NCBI GenBank assembly: GCA_010909165.1
Contig: VJWM01000260.1
Location: 123,007 to 187,006 of the forward strand
DNA: 64,000 nucleotides
Source: Anthoceros angustus
Lineage: Eukaryota; Plantae; Anthocerotophyta
Reading direction: 5' to 3'
Position numbers and translations under genes: made by a program. Under the pieces are notes generated by a model. That model saw only the letters and a list, made by a program, of their open reading frames with translations. It searched no databases and had not been told where the DNA came from. Positions 24,424-36,497 of the stretch are shown here, one piece after another. Each line of letters opens with the position of its first letter. The stretch's first letter is position 1.

Positions 24424-25044
24424 CAACTACTTCCTAGTTTGGTCTTATTATGATAAAGTTTGCTCAACATGGTTGGTTGTGAGGTGACAAAAGCGACCAT
24501 CGATGCTCCTCCCATGCACATGGCTATGGAGTTCTCGTGAGACATCGAAAAATGTGAGGGGTGGGAATGAGGGCCTATATTTTCCCAAAACATACGACTC
24601 GATAGAGAATGAGGGCCTATATTTTCTTAAAACACACTAGTCGATAGAAAGACTCGCTTGTAATTGTACAGCTCAAAATAGATCACCCGGATTTCCCTTG
24701 AATTACTTATCGCTTATAAACTATAATCCCCTCAAAACAAGGAAACTCCTCCGAAGTTCTGGGGTTAAGTACCTGTGTTTTCTTAGACACATATTCTACA
24801 CTGGGTACTTATTTCTTTAATTTAATCTAGTCTGTTAATTTAACCATTATTGTACAATACCCTTAAAATTCAAATTCACCTAGGTTTGTAGATGGTATTA
24901 CCTACCTCTTACTTATCCCATGCATAAGTGATAGAGTAGGGTACAGCAGCACCCACAGTCCAATCTACGGCTTGTATTTACCACACTGCTTGAGAGGGTC
25001 CCGATTTGTGTTTGGACTTGGATCAGATTGAGGACAAGTCTGCG

Positions 25045-28000
25045 ATGGCGGAGGATCTCGACGAGAAGGCCAAGCGCGTTCGTAGCCTGCTCTCCAGTTT
25101 CTATGGCAGTGGGGAAGGGGGTCCCGACTCCCCCGGCACCCCAGTCTACGCACCCAATGGGGTCCCTGTTTCTCCCGTCAAGCGCGATACGCTGGTTACC
25201 ATCAACACCAAGGACTTCGATATTGATCGCTACATGGCCTCCCTGGTAGTTCCCCTTCTCCACTCCTGCTCAGTACCGTGTGAACAGCACAGCGTCTCTT
25301 ACAGACTGAGTGTGTGCCAGATCCGCAGGACAAGTCTGGACGGGCTGCTACATAAGCATGTGGAAATGGCTGCAGAGATTAAAAATTTGGATAGCGACAT
25401 GCAAATGCTGGTGTATGAAAACTACAACAAGTTCATAAGTGCCACTGACACCATAAGAAGGTAAAATCAGCGGAAGAAAATCTCTCCTTTGAAGCTCGTG
25501 CGGCTCATGTAAGGGAAATTCAAAGCATTGTCATCTTGTGTTGCAGTATGAAGGAAAATGTATCTGGTATGGAATCGAACATGGATCAGCTCCTTGAGAC
25601 AGTCACTGCTGTCCGATCGAAGAGCGATGGCATCAATTCGTCTCTTTTTGAAAGGAGAGGGCGCATCGAGGAGCTGAACGGAACGAGAAGTCTACTCCGG
25701 AAAGTTCAGGTTTCTACTTGCGAGCCGAGGGTTACTGTACTTTCCTGTGCTTCATTTGGTGGTTGGATTGTAGCGAGGGACTGTCCAGCCTATGGTTTGG
25801 CAGACATTGAAAAATTGTCATTCGTTGTTTTCAAGGGCAGTTTGTGTTTGACCTTCCAAAGCGCATGAGGAAGTGTTTGAAGGAAGAGAATTACACTGAT
25901 GCTGTGAAATTCTACTTGGGAGCTCTTCCTGTACTGAAGGTACATATATTCTTCAACCTAAGGGGACAGTCTACTGGAAGTAATTGCGCAATCCTACATT
26001 TCTGCTTGGTGCATTACAGCTTAGTCTTTTGTGGCGCTTCGGGTGTGGTAAGGTAGGCGTATGGAGCTACTTCATTCAAAGCTTGCAAGGAGGAGTCGGA
26101 GGAGATCATTGCCATAATAACTAAAAGGTTGCAGGTATTTGGCATATTGCATTGGTACAGAAGTCCTTTTGATATGTTCCTTGCAGTGGATGAGTTGTGG
26201 AGGTTTTGCAGTTGGACCAACCCCTTTGTTTGACTCCTTGCTCCAGACACAGCTGATGGCAGAGGATGTGGCACTGGAGAAAAGGGCCCAAGCAGCTGTT
26301 TTGTTACAAAAGTTGGGATTCTCTGTAAGTAGTGCATGTTCATGGGCTGTTGACATCACTCATGCAGATAGTCTGACCATAGGTGACGGGAATGGGTGCA
26401 AAGGTATGGGGATCAGTAGAAGTCACTTTTCCTTTGCTGCAGAAGTTGGAACTCCCTAGAAGTTGCAATTCCCTGAGCATACTCTGTAGGTTCTGGTTAT
26501 CTTTTGTGTTCTGTAATTTGCTCTGTGTAGAATGGCATGAGCAGGATTGGACCTTGTGTGGTTGATGCTGACCAAAGGTTAATCAATTCTGAAAACGTGA
26601 AGCCGAATCTGGTACCAGATCACAACATTGATGGAGGATTTTCTGAACGTACACTGGCCCCGTCTTATGGCTGAGGTCCAAGTTGCAGTGCGCAAGCCCT
26701 CAGCACCAGCTTCAAAGGCTGGGGATGCACCTGACGACGTGGTACAATCACCGAAGGTTATGCTGGAACACCTGAATAAGGTCAGCATCAGATTATTTGT
26801 CTGCTGCTGAAAAGGCAGGTCATCATGTGAGAGTTTCTGAGATTGAATAACTGCAGGATTTCATTGCTGATTTTGCCAACACAGCAACAGCCTTTCGTGC
26901 GATTTTCCCTACGGAAGAGAAGCGGCTTACCGAAGTGGCAACCAAGTTGTTCAATGAGTGGGTATCTTTGTTGAATTATTGTGCTTGGGAACTCTTCGGA
27001 AAGGTCAGCTTTCTAGAACAGGGTACGGTCTGCTGTTTCTCGGAGGCCTTACCTTGGCTCAACTTCTGTGCCAGATATTTTGCCAATGTGCAAAAGTCAT
27101 TCCAGCCTGAATATGGGGATCCATCAGCGTCAGAGCTTATTGCTGGTTTGAGTAAGCATTTTTTATCATCTTGCAACTGTTTGCTGTATGCAAGCTATTG
27201 GACCTAATTACAGGAATCTATTGCTTGCAGAGATCCTGTCAACAGACGTGGGGAAGATGCATGAGTTGGTTCCTGCTGCCGGACTTGGTAATCATGCAGC
27301 TCGGGTGCGTACAGGATAGCTTTGGGTAATAAACTGTATGCTTCCTTTTCGGTCCTAGTCACCAGTGACCCTATTTGGTTAGGAGAGCTCCAAAAGTCAC
27401 AGAGAGTATGATGACAGGGGTTGGTGTGTATGCATTAGTTCCAGATCCATTGATTGACTATATGAAGTGCAGGCTGTTGAGGCTGCAATCAAGCAACATG
27501 TTTCAATTCTGTTCGTTGGTTTAAACCAGCGCATTCTAGGTGAGATTCAATGTGCCTCTGGCTATCAAGTGATGATGTGGCATCATTGTGTTGCTGCTCT
27601 ACTGATTATGTGCACATTGCATGTTGACTACTGCATCAAAGTTTAATCTGCATGCTATTATGCATTAGGTGCTATTACCAATCCAGTTCCAGGGCCTCCA
27701 ACTGCTGAGAAGCAGAAGCCTTTGCAAGTTGGTCTTCAAGCTATTGAACAAGTAGTGATGGAAGGAAGTTTGGCCATATTGAAGGTACACTGGCAGAGGA
27801 GTGGTTAGATGCGTGACTCCTGTTCAGATTTTGTTTTAATACCCTTTACTGCTTGCTATGGGCACAAATCTTCTGTTTGCCCAGGATCAGGCACGTGTTT
27901 CTGTTCACTTAGGGAAGGGAGTTTTTTTGCTGGAATATTCAATTAGCTTTGGTGGTTTCAGTCCTCGCTTGACAAAATGGTCTTGATTTTCTTTTTGTTC

Positions 28001-29717
28001 TAACAGGATCTGAAGGAGCTTCTTGAGAACAGTGGCGAATTATTGGCGCGATGGAAGGATGTCTATATTGACTTGGTTCAATCCGGCTTCCAGGATCTTT
28101 TTACCTCTCTGGTCGACCATTTCTCTACGTTGTGCACTAGTACTGGGGATAAACACGAAGAGAAGCTGCATTCTGGATCAAATGCAGGGATCTCGTCTGG
28201 CTTGGTCCTGATACTGGCTTGTCTTTCAGTCTACATCGAGCAGACTGCAGTGGCGAACATCACAGAAGTATGGTTCATGAGCCTAGGAAGACAGACGGGT
28301 GTGGATAGCTAGTCATGCTGATGTGGATATCTGCTTAAGCAGGATACCTGAAAGCGGTTCGCTGGACTTATCTCAGTCTAATTGCAGTTTGATTGTGGAA
28401 GTAGCAGGGTTGTGTATGTGCTGATGTCTTACCAATTGTAGGTTATTGCATCGTCGTTTACTGGTGGTGGGGCAAGAGGTTATGAGGAACGACCTGCCTT
28501 TGTGCCTGCTGAAATATGCCGTGGTTTTCGGTCAACAGGGGAGCGCCTCCTTAACAAGGTGCTCTTTGTATAGGGTAGAAACAACTTATTGTTGGCACGG
28601 ACTTGTTTAGATGTGATCAGTATGGTTTAGAATGTGAAATTGTATTTTGCTGAGGGCCTGCAAATGGCAATCGGGGTTTGTCCAGTACATTGACATCCAG
28701 GCACGGAAGCTGTCGGTTCTTGTCCGGAAGAGTGTGGCTACACCAAATTGGTTAAAGGTACTTCTGGTGGGACAGTAGGAATATTTGTTTCATCTCCTGC
28801 CATGAATTCCAGCTTTTGAGCCTCTGGGTTTGGAACTTGCTGCAGTATAAGGAACCCAGAGATGTTCGGATGTTTGTCGACTTGCTGCTCCATGAGGTAC
28901 TTTTAGCAACACTTGGGTGGGGGTTATCACTGGAGCTGAGGTGATCTGTTATTGACCAGAGACTTCCTGGCATTTCAGCTAGAGGTTTTGGATGAGGAAG
29001 TTCAGCAGATTCTCGAGCCAGGTACTACAAGGACACATCGACGTACAGATAGTACTGGAAGTGCTAGCTCGACACGTAGTGGCCCACAGCGTGAAGACCG
29101 TGTGTCTCGTGAACGAGGATCAACAAGAGCTAGAAGTCGTCTGCTTGAAAGAGATGTTGCTAAACTTTTCACGCAAAGAGTCGACCTTTTCACCAAACCA
29201 GATTACACTCAGGTACTCTTAGCTGAGTTAAGATATTTGTGATTCCTTCTGGCAGCTACATTTTGCGTGGAAATAGTAAGTGCTGGATGTCCTGTGGTTC
29301 TAATGTTCAGGCAAGTGTTATCGCCACTGTCGTGAAGATGGGTCTGAAGAGTTTTCAAGAGTATGTCCGATTGCAAACCTTTAGTAGAAGCGGTTACCAG
29401 CAAATTCAGCTTGATGCACAGTACTTGCGGGACCCTTTGCAAGCATACGTTGAAGAGGACACTGTAGTAAACTTCCTTCTTGATGAGGTGACCTCATCTA
29501 CTTGCATGCTCACATGTCTGCGACCAGAATGTCGATGTGAAGGATATTGCGCACGGAGGATGTGCAAGGATGTCCGGAAGGTTCTGATTTTCGTTGGGTG
29601 GTACAGGTATGCTCCGCTGCTGGAGAGCGCTGCATTGATCCGACTCCCTTAGAGCCGGCGATCTTAGACAAGCTGATTCAGGCAAAACGTGCGAGAACAA
29701 GTGGCAGAGGTCTGTAG
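25045..29717 (+). CDS. VPS51: Vacuolar protein sorting 51 (GARP/EARP subunit), multi-exon
   Basis: [20 protein letters not shown]...[35 protein letters not shown]...ERDVAKLF...[27 protein letters not shown]...[14 protein letters not shown]; parallels Arabidopsis VPS51/UNH motifs; TAG ends at 29717. Confidence 0.93.
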
Positions 29718-30490
29718 TGCGCCACCTCAACTAGGCATCTGGTCCACGCCTGAAATACCGTGTGTGGAGTATCACTCCCCATCCTGTCAACATGTTGAGC
29801 TGAAGTTTAAATGGTCACAGCTATCCAGCATCAGCTAACCTGTGAATTCACTTGTGCTGCACAGGATCATTGACATCCCCGCCCTTGTCAGCTGCCGCTG
29901 AGTGAGAGCTTTGCGCCTTTTGCTCAACTGCCGCGGGCCAGAAACAGATTACGAACTTGTCCCGACAGCACATTTTCCGAGTGTGCAACGTGCTGCTTGG
30001 ATACGCACTAAAGTTCTCTCGTCCCTGGCTTTGCCATCCCATCCCGACAGAAATATACGTCGAGAAACCTGCCCTGATGTTAACATTTTGGTGGGGCAAG
30101 TGCCCAGCATATGTCGGTCGGTTCACGTCTTGTAGATAGTCAGGCTGCAATCGAGTCAAGCCGCAAGGGGTCATCGTGACGAGAGGGACTGCCTAGGTTC
30201 ATCGGTGCACAGGTGCTGGACTGGTTGCTATTGCAGCGACCGTTGCGACGCACATCCGACGATGGAAGTTCTGCTTGTGTTTACATTTCATACTAGAGTA
30301 TCACAATTGACGCCCCCGCCGGAGTTTATCCTTCGTCCCCGCTCTCTCCCGGGGAATGGAGACGGCTTAAAATTGGTACCACTGAGAAGTGGCCTGTACA
30401 GGAAAAGCTACAAGTGGTGCTTGGACTACACTACCTACGCAACATTACACATACAAGAAGAGGCTGTCTGCCCCGCAGCAAGAATAAACC

Positions 30491-32044
30491 CTAATCGCTG
30501 TCGTAGAAGACGTCGTTGTGGAGCTTGAGGCTGTGGCGAGGAAGGCGAGGTAAGGAACTCGACTTTGGGCCCGTCCCGGAGCCTGGCTCCCACTTGAGCA
30601 GAACACCGTCCCAGGAGCAGCTCACCAGCATGGGCAGGCGGGGATGCCAGCTGCAGTCCCTGACAGTGGCGTGGTGAGACTTGAGCTTGGCGGCCTGCTG
30701 GCCGGTGAGCAGGTCGTAGATGTAGACGCTGCCGTCGCTGGAGCCGGTGTAGATGTACTTCTGCGCAGTGCTGAAGAGCGGGGAGAAGTAGCTGCGCACC
30801 AGGGTCTTGAGCACGCCGTGGCCGCGGTAGGTCATGACGCTCTGGTCATCCGGAAGCTCGAAGTCCCTGCCAGAGCCGGGGTAGTCCATCCAGCGGTAGT
30901 CCCACTTGTAGGAGTGGCTCCTGGCCAGCCTGTTGGAGTCGCTGGTCATGCTCCGGATGTCCCAGAGCTTGATGCACTGGTCCTTCCCGTTGGAGATGAA
31001 GAACCTGCCGTCCCCGCGGGTGTCCAAGTGCGTGATGCCCGCCAGATGGCCCTGCAGAAACCCTGCCGCGCGCGCGCTGCACCTCCTGTCCCAGACCTTG
31101 CAGATGTGGTCGTCGCTCCCAGAGTAGAGTACGTTGCAGCTGTCGTCCGCGAACACCACCGAGTTCACATCGTCGTCGTGCGCCTCGATCCGGTTGCTCA
31201 GCTTGTTGCGCTCCAGATCATAGAGGTAGATGGCGGCGTCCGCGCTCCCCGCCAGCAGCTCCCTCCCGTCCTGCGAGAACTGGACGCAAAAGAGGCCGAA
31301 GGAGCGCTCCCCCGGCTCCCGCCCCGCCGCGAAGTCCAGCCCCTGGTGCACCTCGGTGACGTCGGTCAGGGACTGGATCCCCGCGTTCTCGTTCCCCACG
31401 TTCACCAAATGCACCAGCGGCGTCATGCTGGCGTACACCAGGAAGCGCTGGTCCGGCGACAGCGCCGTGTCGCAGATGGCCCAGCGCACCTTGCTTCCGA
31501 TCACATTCTTGCGCAGCTTCCAGGCGCCGTCGCAGTCGTAGATCCGGATCCGCCTGTCCTGAAACCCTGCCACAAACACCGAGCCGTCTTGCGAGAACCT
31601 CCCGACGTACGCTCTGCTGCCGATCTTGTCCAGCACCTGCGTCGCCTCCCTCGGCAAGAAGCGGGACGCCAGATGACAGCAGTCGGATCGGGAGAACCTG
31701 CCTCTCCCCGACACATTGATCTCCCTCCCGGCCACCATCCGGCACGCGTTCACAGCGCCGGCCTTGGCTCCCCCGAATCTTGCCGAATTGGCGTGCGCGG
31801 CCGTCATCATCCTGGTGAGATGTGCCAGAGCATGCGGCTCCTTCTCCTCCTCCTCCTTCACCTCCGGAAGCTCCCCTTCCTCAGGATCCCGATCCCGATC
31901 CGACTCCAGCCCTGTCGCCGTGCTCTCCCCCGAGCAATCGTCCTCGAACTCCAAGCCGTGCTGCAGCTCCTCCACCGGCTTCTTCTGTGGAGTCATGGCG
32001 ATGGCAGCTTCCGAATTTCCCCTACAACCAGCGCCGGCGCTCAT
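30491..32044 (-). CDS. LEC14B: LEC14B/DCAF11-like WD40 protein, 517 aa, intronless
   Basis: Single ORF with RAYVGRFSQDG, AHDDDVNSVVFAD, SGSDDHICKVWDRR, DTRGDGRFFISNGKDQCIKLWDIR, WDYRWMDYP, SVMTYRGHGVLKTLVRSYFSP and VRDCSWHP. Confidence 0.92.
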   Translation of the reverse strand: MSAGAGCRGNSEAAIAMTPQKKPVEELQHGLEFEDDCSGESTATGLESDRDRDPEEGELPEVKEEEEKEPHALAHLTRMMTAAHANSARFGGAKAGAVNACRMVAGREINVSGRGRFSRSDCCHLASRFLPREATQVLDKIGSRAYVGRFSQDGSVFVAGFQDRRIRIYDCDGAWKLRKNVIGSKVRWAICDTALSPDQRFLVYASMTPLVHLVNVGNENAGIQSLTDVTEVHQGLDFAAGREPGERSFGLFCVQFSQDGRELLAGSADAAIYLYDLERNKLSNRIEAHDDDVNSVVFADDSCNVLYSGSDDHICKVWDRRCSARAAGFLQGHLAGITHLDTRGDGRFFISNGKDQCIKLWDIRSMTSDSNRLARSHSYKWDYRWMDYPGSGRDFELPDDQSVMTYRGHGVLKTLVRSYFSPLFSTAQKYIYTGSSDGSVYIYDLLTGQQAAKLKSHHATVRDCSWHPRLPMLVSCSWDGVLLKWEPGSGTGPKSSSLPRLPRHSLKLHNDVFYDSD

Positions 32045-32736
32045 GCCTGGATTGACTGTACGTACATCCAGCTCCCTATATTCAAGAATTTACGCCCTTC
32101 TTCCCTCCCGCCTGCCAATGCGAGGCAGCAGCATTATCTGCAGCTGCAAGCCTCCACACCGCAATTTTCCCTCTTGCTCAGATTCTGGTGGCGTGTGCGC
32201 CAATCAGGCCGCTGCTGGCGCACTGCCTCGTATGCGAGCCTCCCACGCGCAGCGGCGCTGCTTCCTTGCTTCCTCCTTCCCCTTTCTTTCCTTATGCCCG
32301 CGCCAGCAGCAATGCTCTCAAGAAGAATCCGGCGGCAGATAATTGTAATAGACGCAAGCCAGCCAGCCAGCCAGCAACCGTGGCAAGTGGGTCAAGCTGT
32401 GGGCCTGGCCTGGGCCTGGCCTCTCTAGTGTCTTGTTGTTTCGCTCCAATCTACCCAAATAATCTCACAGATGTGGAAATTCCCGTATCCATGTGCCGCT
32501 CCAGCATGTCGATGTGGATTGATCGGTTAGGCTTATCCACACCTCCTTAAAACACTATTGCCTGAATATGTAACTACAACATGCAACCCACATGTTTAAT
32601 ACTAAACAAACCAAACTATTTAGAGTTATTTAATACAATACATTCCATCCCTTTAGGTCTCATGTTTTATGGGATTGCTGGCTTAGGATGTCGATTCAAG
32701 AGTACCTACATACATATGTGGAGTGTGAGATAGGAG

Positions 32737-33165
32737 CTAGTTTCATGAATACGTCTATATACATGATTAGAACTCTTGATAGAGTGGATAATAGGGTGGA
32801 TAAATTCCACATTTGGAGTGAGAAGCTCACGCGGCAAGTCTACCTTGCAAAGTCCTATTTGTGAGCAAGACAACCTTACAACAAGAGCCATTTTTCCGGG
32901 CCTATTGTGTATGGTTGACATACAAACGATCAAGCCGTCGTGCTACCAAAGCAGGAGGTTTTTGTCCATTCGATCGGCAAAATTTGAGAGGCTAGTTTCA
33001 AGAATACGTCTATTTATATGACTAGAACTCTTGAATTCGACATTTGGAGTGAGAAGCTCACACGGCAAGACAACCTTATAAAGCCCTTTTTGTGGGTAAG
33101 ACAACCTTACAACAATAGCCCTTTTTTCGGGCCAATCGTGTATGATTGATATACAAACGATCAAG
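32737..33165. repeat. Diverged two-copy direct repeat (~255-bp offset)
   Basis: ctagtttca..gaatacgtctat...cacatttggagtgagaagctcac..ggcaag...gacaaccttacaaca...catacaaacgatcaag at ~32737 and ~32992. Confidence 0.7.
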
Positions 33166-34598
33166 TTTGTGCTACCAAAGCAATATATTGTCGTCTCTCA
33201 AATTTAGCAGGTCGAATGGACACAGTACATGATGCTGAGCAGGCTACGCACAGGGATCACAAGTCCAGGGCTTGACGCGAGCCTGTAATACGACAGCAGT
33301 AGGACATTGTGATACAATCAACTGGACTTGTCAAGGCCTTTAAGCCCCAAGTATGTTCTTAAAATAGTGCTCGGGCACCACAGAGAAGGGAAGCCCTGAG
33401 ACCTATATAAAACTTATCTCAACTTTTGGTTATGTGTTGCGGATGAAGTGCCATTTCGATACTAAGTAGCACTTGTGACACCGTGCATCAATATGAACAA
33501 ATCTTCTCTAAGAGGCCCCAAGATCTCTAGAATTGTTCTTTATTGCTTCCTAAGTCGTGGGGAGAGTGTTTTGGCTAGGAGATTTCTTCCTTTTGTTGCA
33601 ATAAACATGACTATTGTGCAGGTTCTAGAGGTATTGTCAACATAAGCAAATCTTCTTTGAGAGACCTCGGGATCTTTGGAATGTCTGCCGAAACAGTCTT
33701 CGCCTGCGCCAGGCGAAAAGCGCATTAGAAAGCTGGCTCTAGGAACGTTGGGAGCATTTTGGATGCAATATCTCCAACGTACTGTTGGAGATCGCTGATG
33801 CTCAGCAGAACATTGTTGCTCCTGTCCGGGCCCCTCCAATGCAGTAGATCAGGATCCGAAAGATTTACTTCAGTGTCAATGCTACTAGCATTTGATGCTA
33901 AGATTTTCGAAGAAGTCGAAGACTCCAAAAAAGAAGTCAGAGAATGTTTCACTGAAGACTTAGCCTTGCCAACCTTCTTTAATCTCCAGATTTGCACCCG
34001 AGACCTCCAATCACACTACTCCATGTAGACTTTGCATATCGTAATTACCGCATACAATTCGAGGGCCAGCAAACTCAGAATGCACTCTCCATAGAACGTA
34101 TATGGGTGCAAACTCAAGCAGGTGGCTCAAGAGCTAGCAATGGAACTCCCCCTTCTTCTTACTCTTCCATCGTCTCCTAAGCCGAGGAGAGAGTGTTTTG
34201 GTAAGGAGATTTCTACCTTTGTTGCAATTAACATGACTATTACACAATTCTAGAGGTCTTGATTAAACCAAGGTCCAATGGTATCCATCATTAATAACTT
34301 TGCTTTAGCATTCAAGTTTGTGGAGATGAAATACATTGCCCATCCGAGAGGGGTAGGATTGACAAGCGCCAATTTCAAGAAATAAAATATGAAAATCCAA
34401 TGTAGTACATGAATCAAAAAGGGCCTAAACGGGAGTTCACGTAGTTGATCATATATAGGCAACGATTCAGGTATTCGTGAATGAAGATGGTTGTACGTAA
34501 AAGCCTGAAGAAGAACACATTCCGCTACCCCGTGAGTCTTCACCTTCGAAGACTATTGGAATGTGATATCCTACAAAGGAGCTGTGGTGCTTTTGTAA

Positions 34599-34955
34599 TG
34601 AACCTTTGCTTTGGTGGTTTGGGTGCGTGCATCCTTGTGCTTTCAGGAGTCTTCATCTTCCAAGACTATTGGAAGGCATCGATCCTATTTGTCCCTCTCT
34701 GATGCTTTGTTGATGAACCTTTGCTTTGATGGTTTGGGTGTGTCGTCCTTATGCTTTTAGGAATCGTCACCTTCTAAGATCGTTGGAATGCATGCTACAT
34801 GGCCATTGTGATGATTTAGTGATGAACCTTTGTTTTGGTGGATTGGGTACGTCGCCCTTATGCTTTAGAGAGTGCTCACCTTCTAAGACTATCGAAATGC
34901 ATCCAACATAGCCGCTGTGGTGCTTCAATGATCAACCTTTGCTTTGGTGGTTTCT
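34599..34955. repeat. Degenerate tandem repeat, ~107-115-bp unit x ~3.3
   Basis: atgaacctttgctttggtggttt motif at ~34599, 34714, 34822 and 34929. Confidence 0.65.
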
Positions 34956-36497
34956 AATCTTAGTCACGAACTTTTATTCGGTGGTTTCTAATTTTTTCGT
35001 GCGATTGAATTTGAACTAGACCCTTTTCCTTACCATGGGAATGGTCTACCATTTGAGCTACATGGGCAAATATGTAGCCACTACTCCTACTAAGAGATGG
35101 GGAGAATAACGTTAAAGCTAGCTCAACCTATAATGTGTGTTTTTTGGCTCGACTGCTTTGGACCTTAAGGCGTGCGAGGTCAAAAGCTTGCTTGATGAAG
35201 CAGATCACAAGAGAGAGCGCAACGAAATTTAGAGAACTTAGGACCTTGAGGCATTGTTCGCGTCTGCTATGATCTTCAACTCTTCAGAACATGAGTAATT
35301 CTATTGGATCTAATGCAAATTATTGTCGGTACCATAATTCTGGCATAAATCTTCAAGAGCGGCAAAACGGCGACGCACTGAGGGCTAAGCACTAAGGGCA
35401 AGCCACTAAGGGCTAGAGTAATCGGGGGTGGGAGGTAGCCTATCCAATAATGATCAGCACGGAGGGTCGCTTAACTATGGAGTTCTAATTAACGCCTGGC
35501 TATCGTGTCACTTCTAAAGAGAGATGAGCGCCTAGCTACCGTGTCACTCCTCAAGGAAGGACTGATATGTAAATTGTAGTTATTTTTACTATAATATGTC
35601 CGATTAAATTCAACATTTAATAGATTATTTACTTTTGATTCTATTTTAGTAATTTAAGAAAAAGAGACGAGATTTGTACCTACAGTATCTAGGGAGGAAA
35701 ACAAGACTTTATTATAAAAAAGAGATAGAAAAAATCCATCCACCCCAAAAACAAAGGGGGGAAAACCCAAGGATCCCAACTAGCCCCCACGATCACGCCT
35801 TTCAAAACTACCAACCGCCCAAAGAAATTCGTGGTCAGGGATGTAAACAGACCTGATTACCACCTGTGTCGAATCTCGCGTGCTCGCTGTCGTTCTGTAC
35901 ACTCGCGTGCTCGCTGTCGTTCTGTACACACGTTGCCCAACGCCCTGCAGAGGAATGGAAACCTTCCGAAAAAAGCAACAATACAAGAAAGGGGGAGGCC
36001 AACCCCATTCTTGCGGCTATGATAAGCCTTGGCCCTTGATGAACCTAGAGAAATCTTGCCCCATAGGCCTACAGAAATCCTTGCCCATGGCTTAGAAAAT
36101 CCTTGCCCATGGCATCCACCAATACCCTAAAGTATCTACCAAATATCATGAAAGGGGCAGTGAAAAGTTGAACACAACGCTGGGCATCGGCAACGTATAG
36201 GCAGCGGACTGGTGCTCTGGATAATTGCACGCTGACGCAGTGGAGATGGCGACAATAAAGTGGACGAGGACACGATGTGGGCCATGCGAGATGACTACAT
36301 GATACCGCAGCGACGTGAGATAACAAGACGGTGAATCCGTACGGAAGAAATTGCGGTTGCTTGAAATACAATGTAGGCGATGAGATAAAATATCTGGAAT
36401 GTGTGCTTATCCGGGCCCCCGACGTGGGAGTTGCTTGATACTGGGTGGAAGGCACTGACTCGGAATCGGATCCCGTGAGCTGGGTGTCGGGCACAGA

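Noticed and set aside
30644-32428. 594-aa plus-strand ORF
   Set aside because: Shadow frame antisense to the GC-rich WD40 gene; low-complexity translation with no motifs.
33540-34550. Ulp1-like protease or TE ORF relic with a duplicated ~75-bp segment (33557 and 34185)
   Set aside because: Short ORFs with no complete catalytic motif; probably TE debris, but the family cannot be named.
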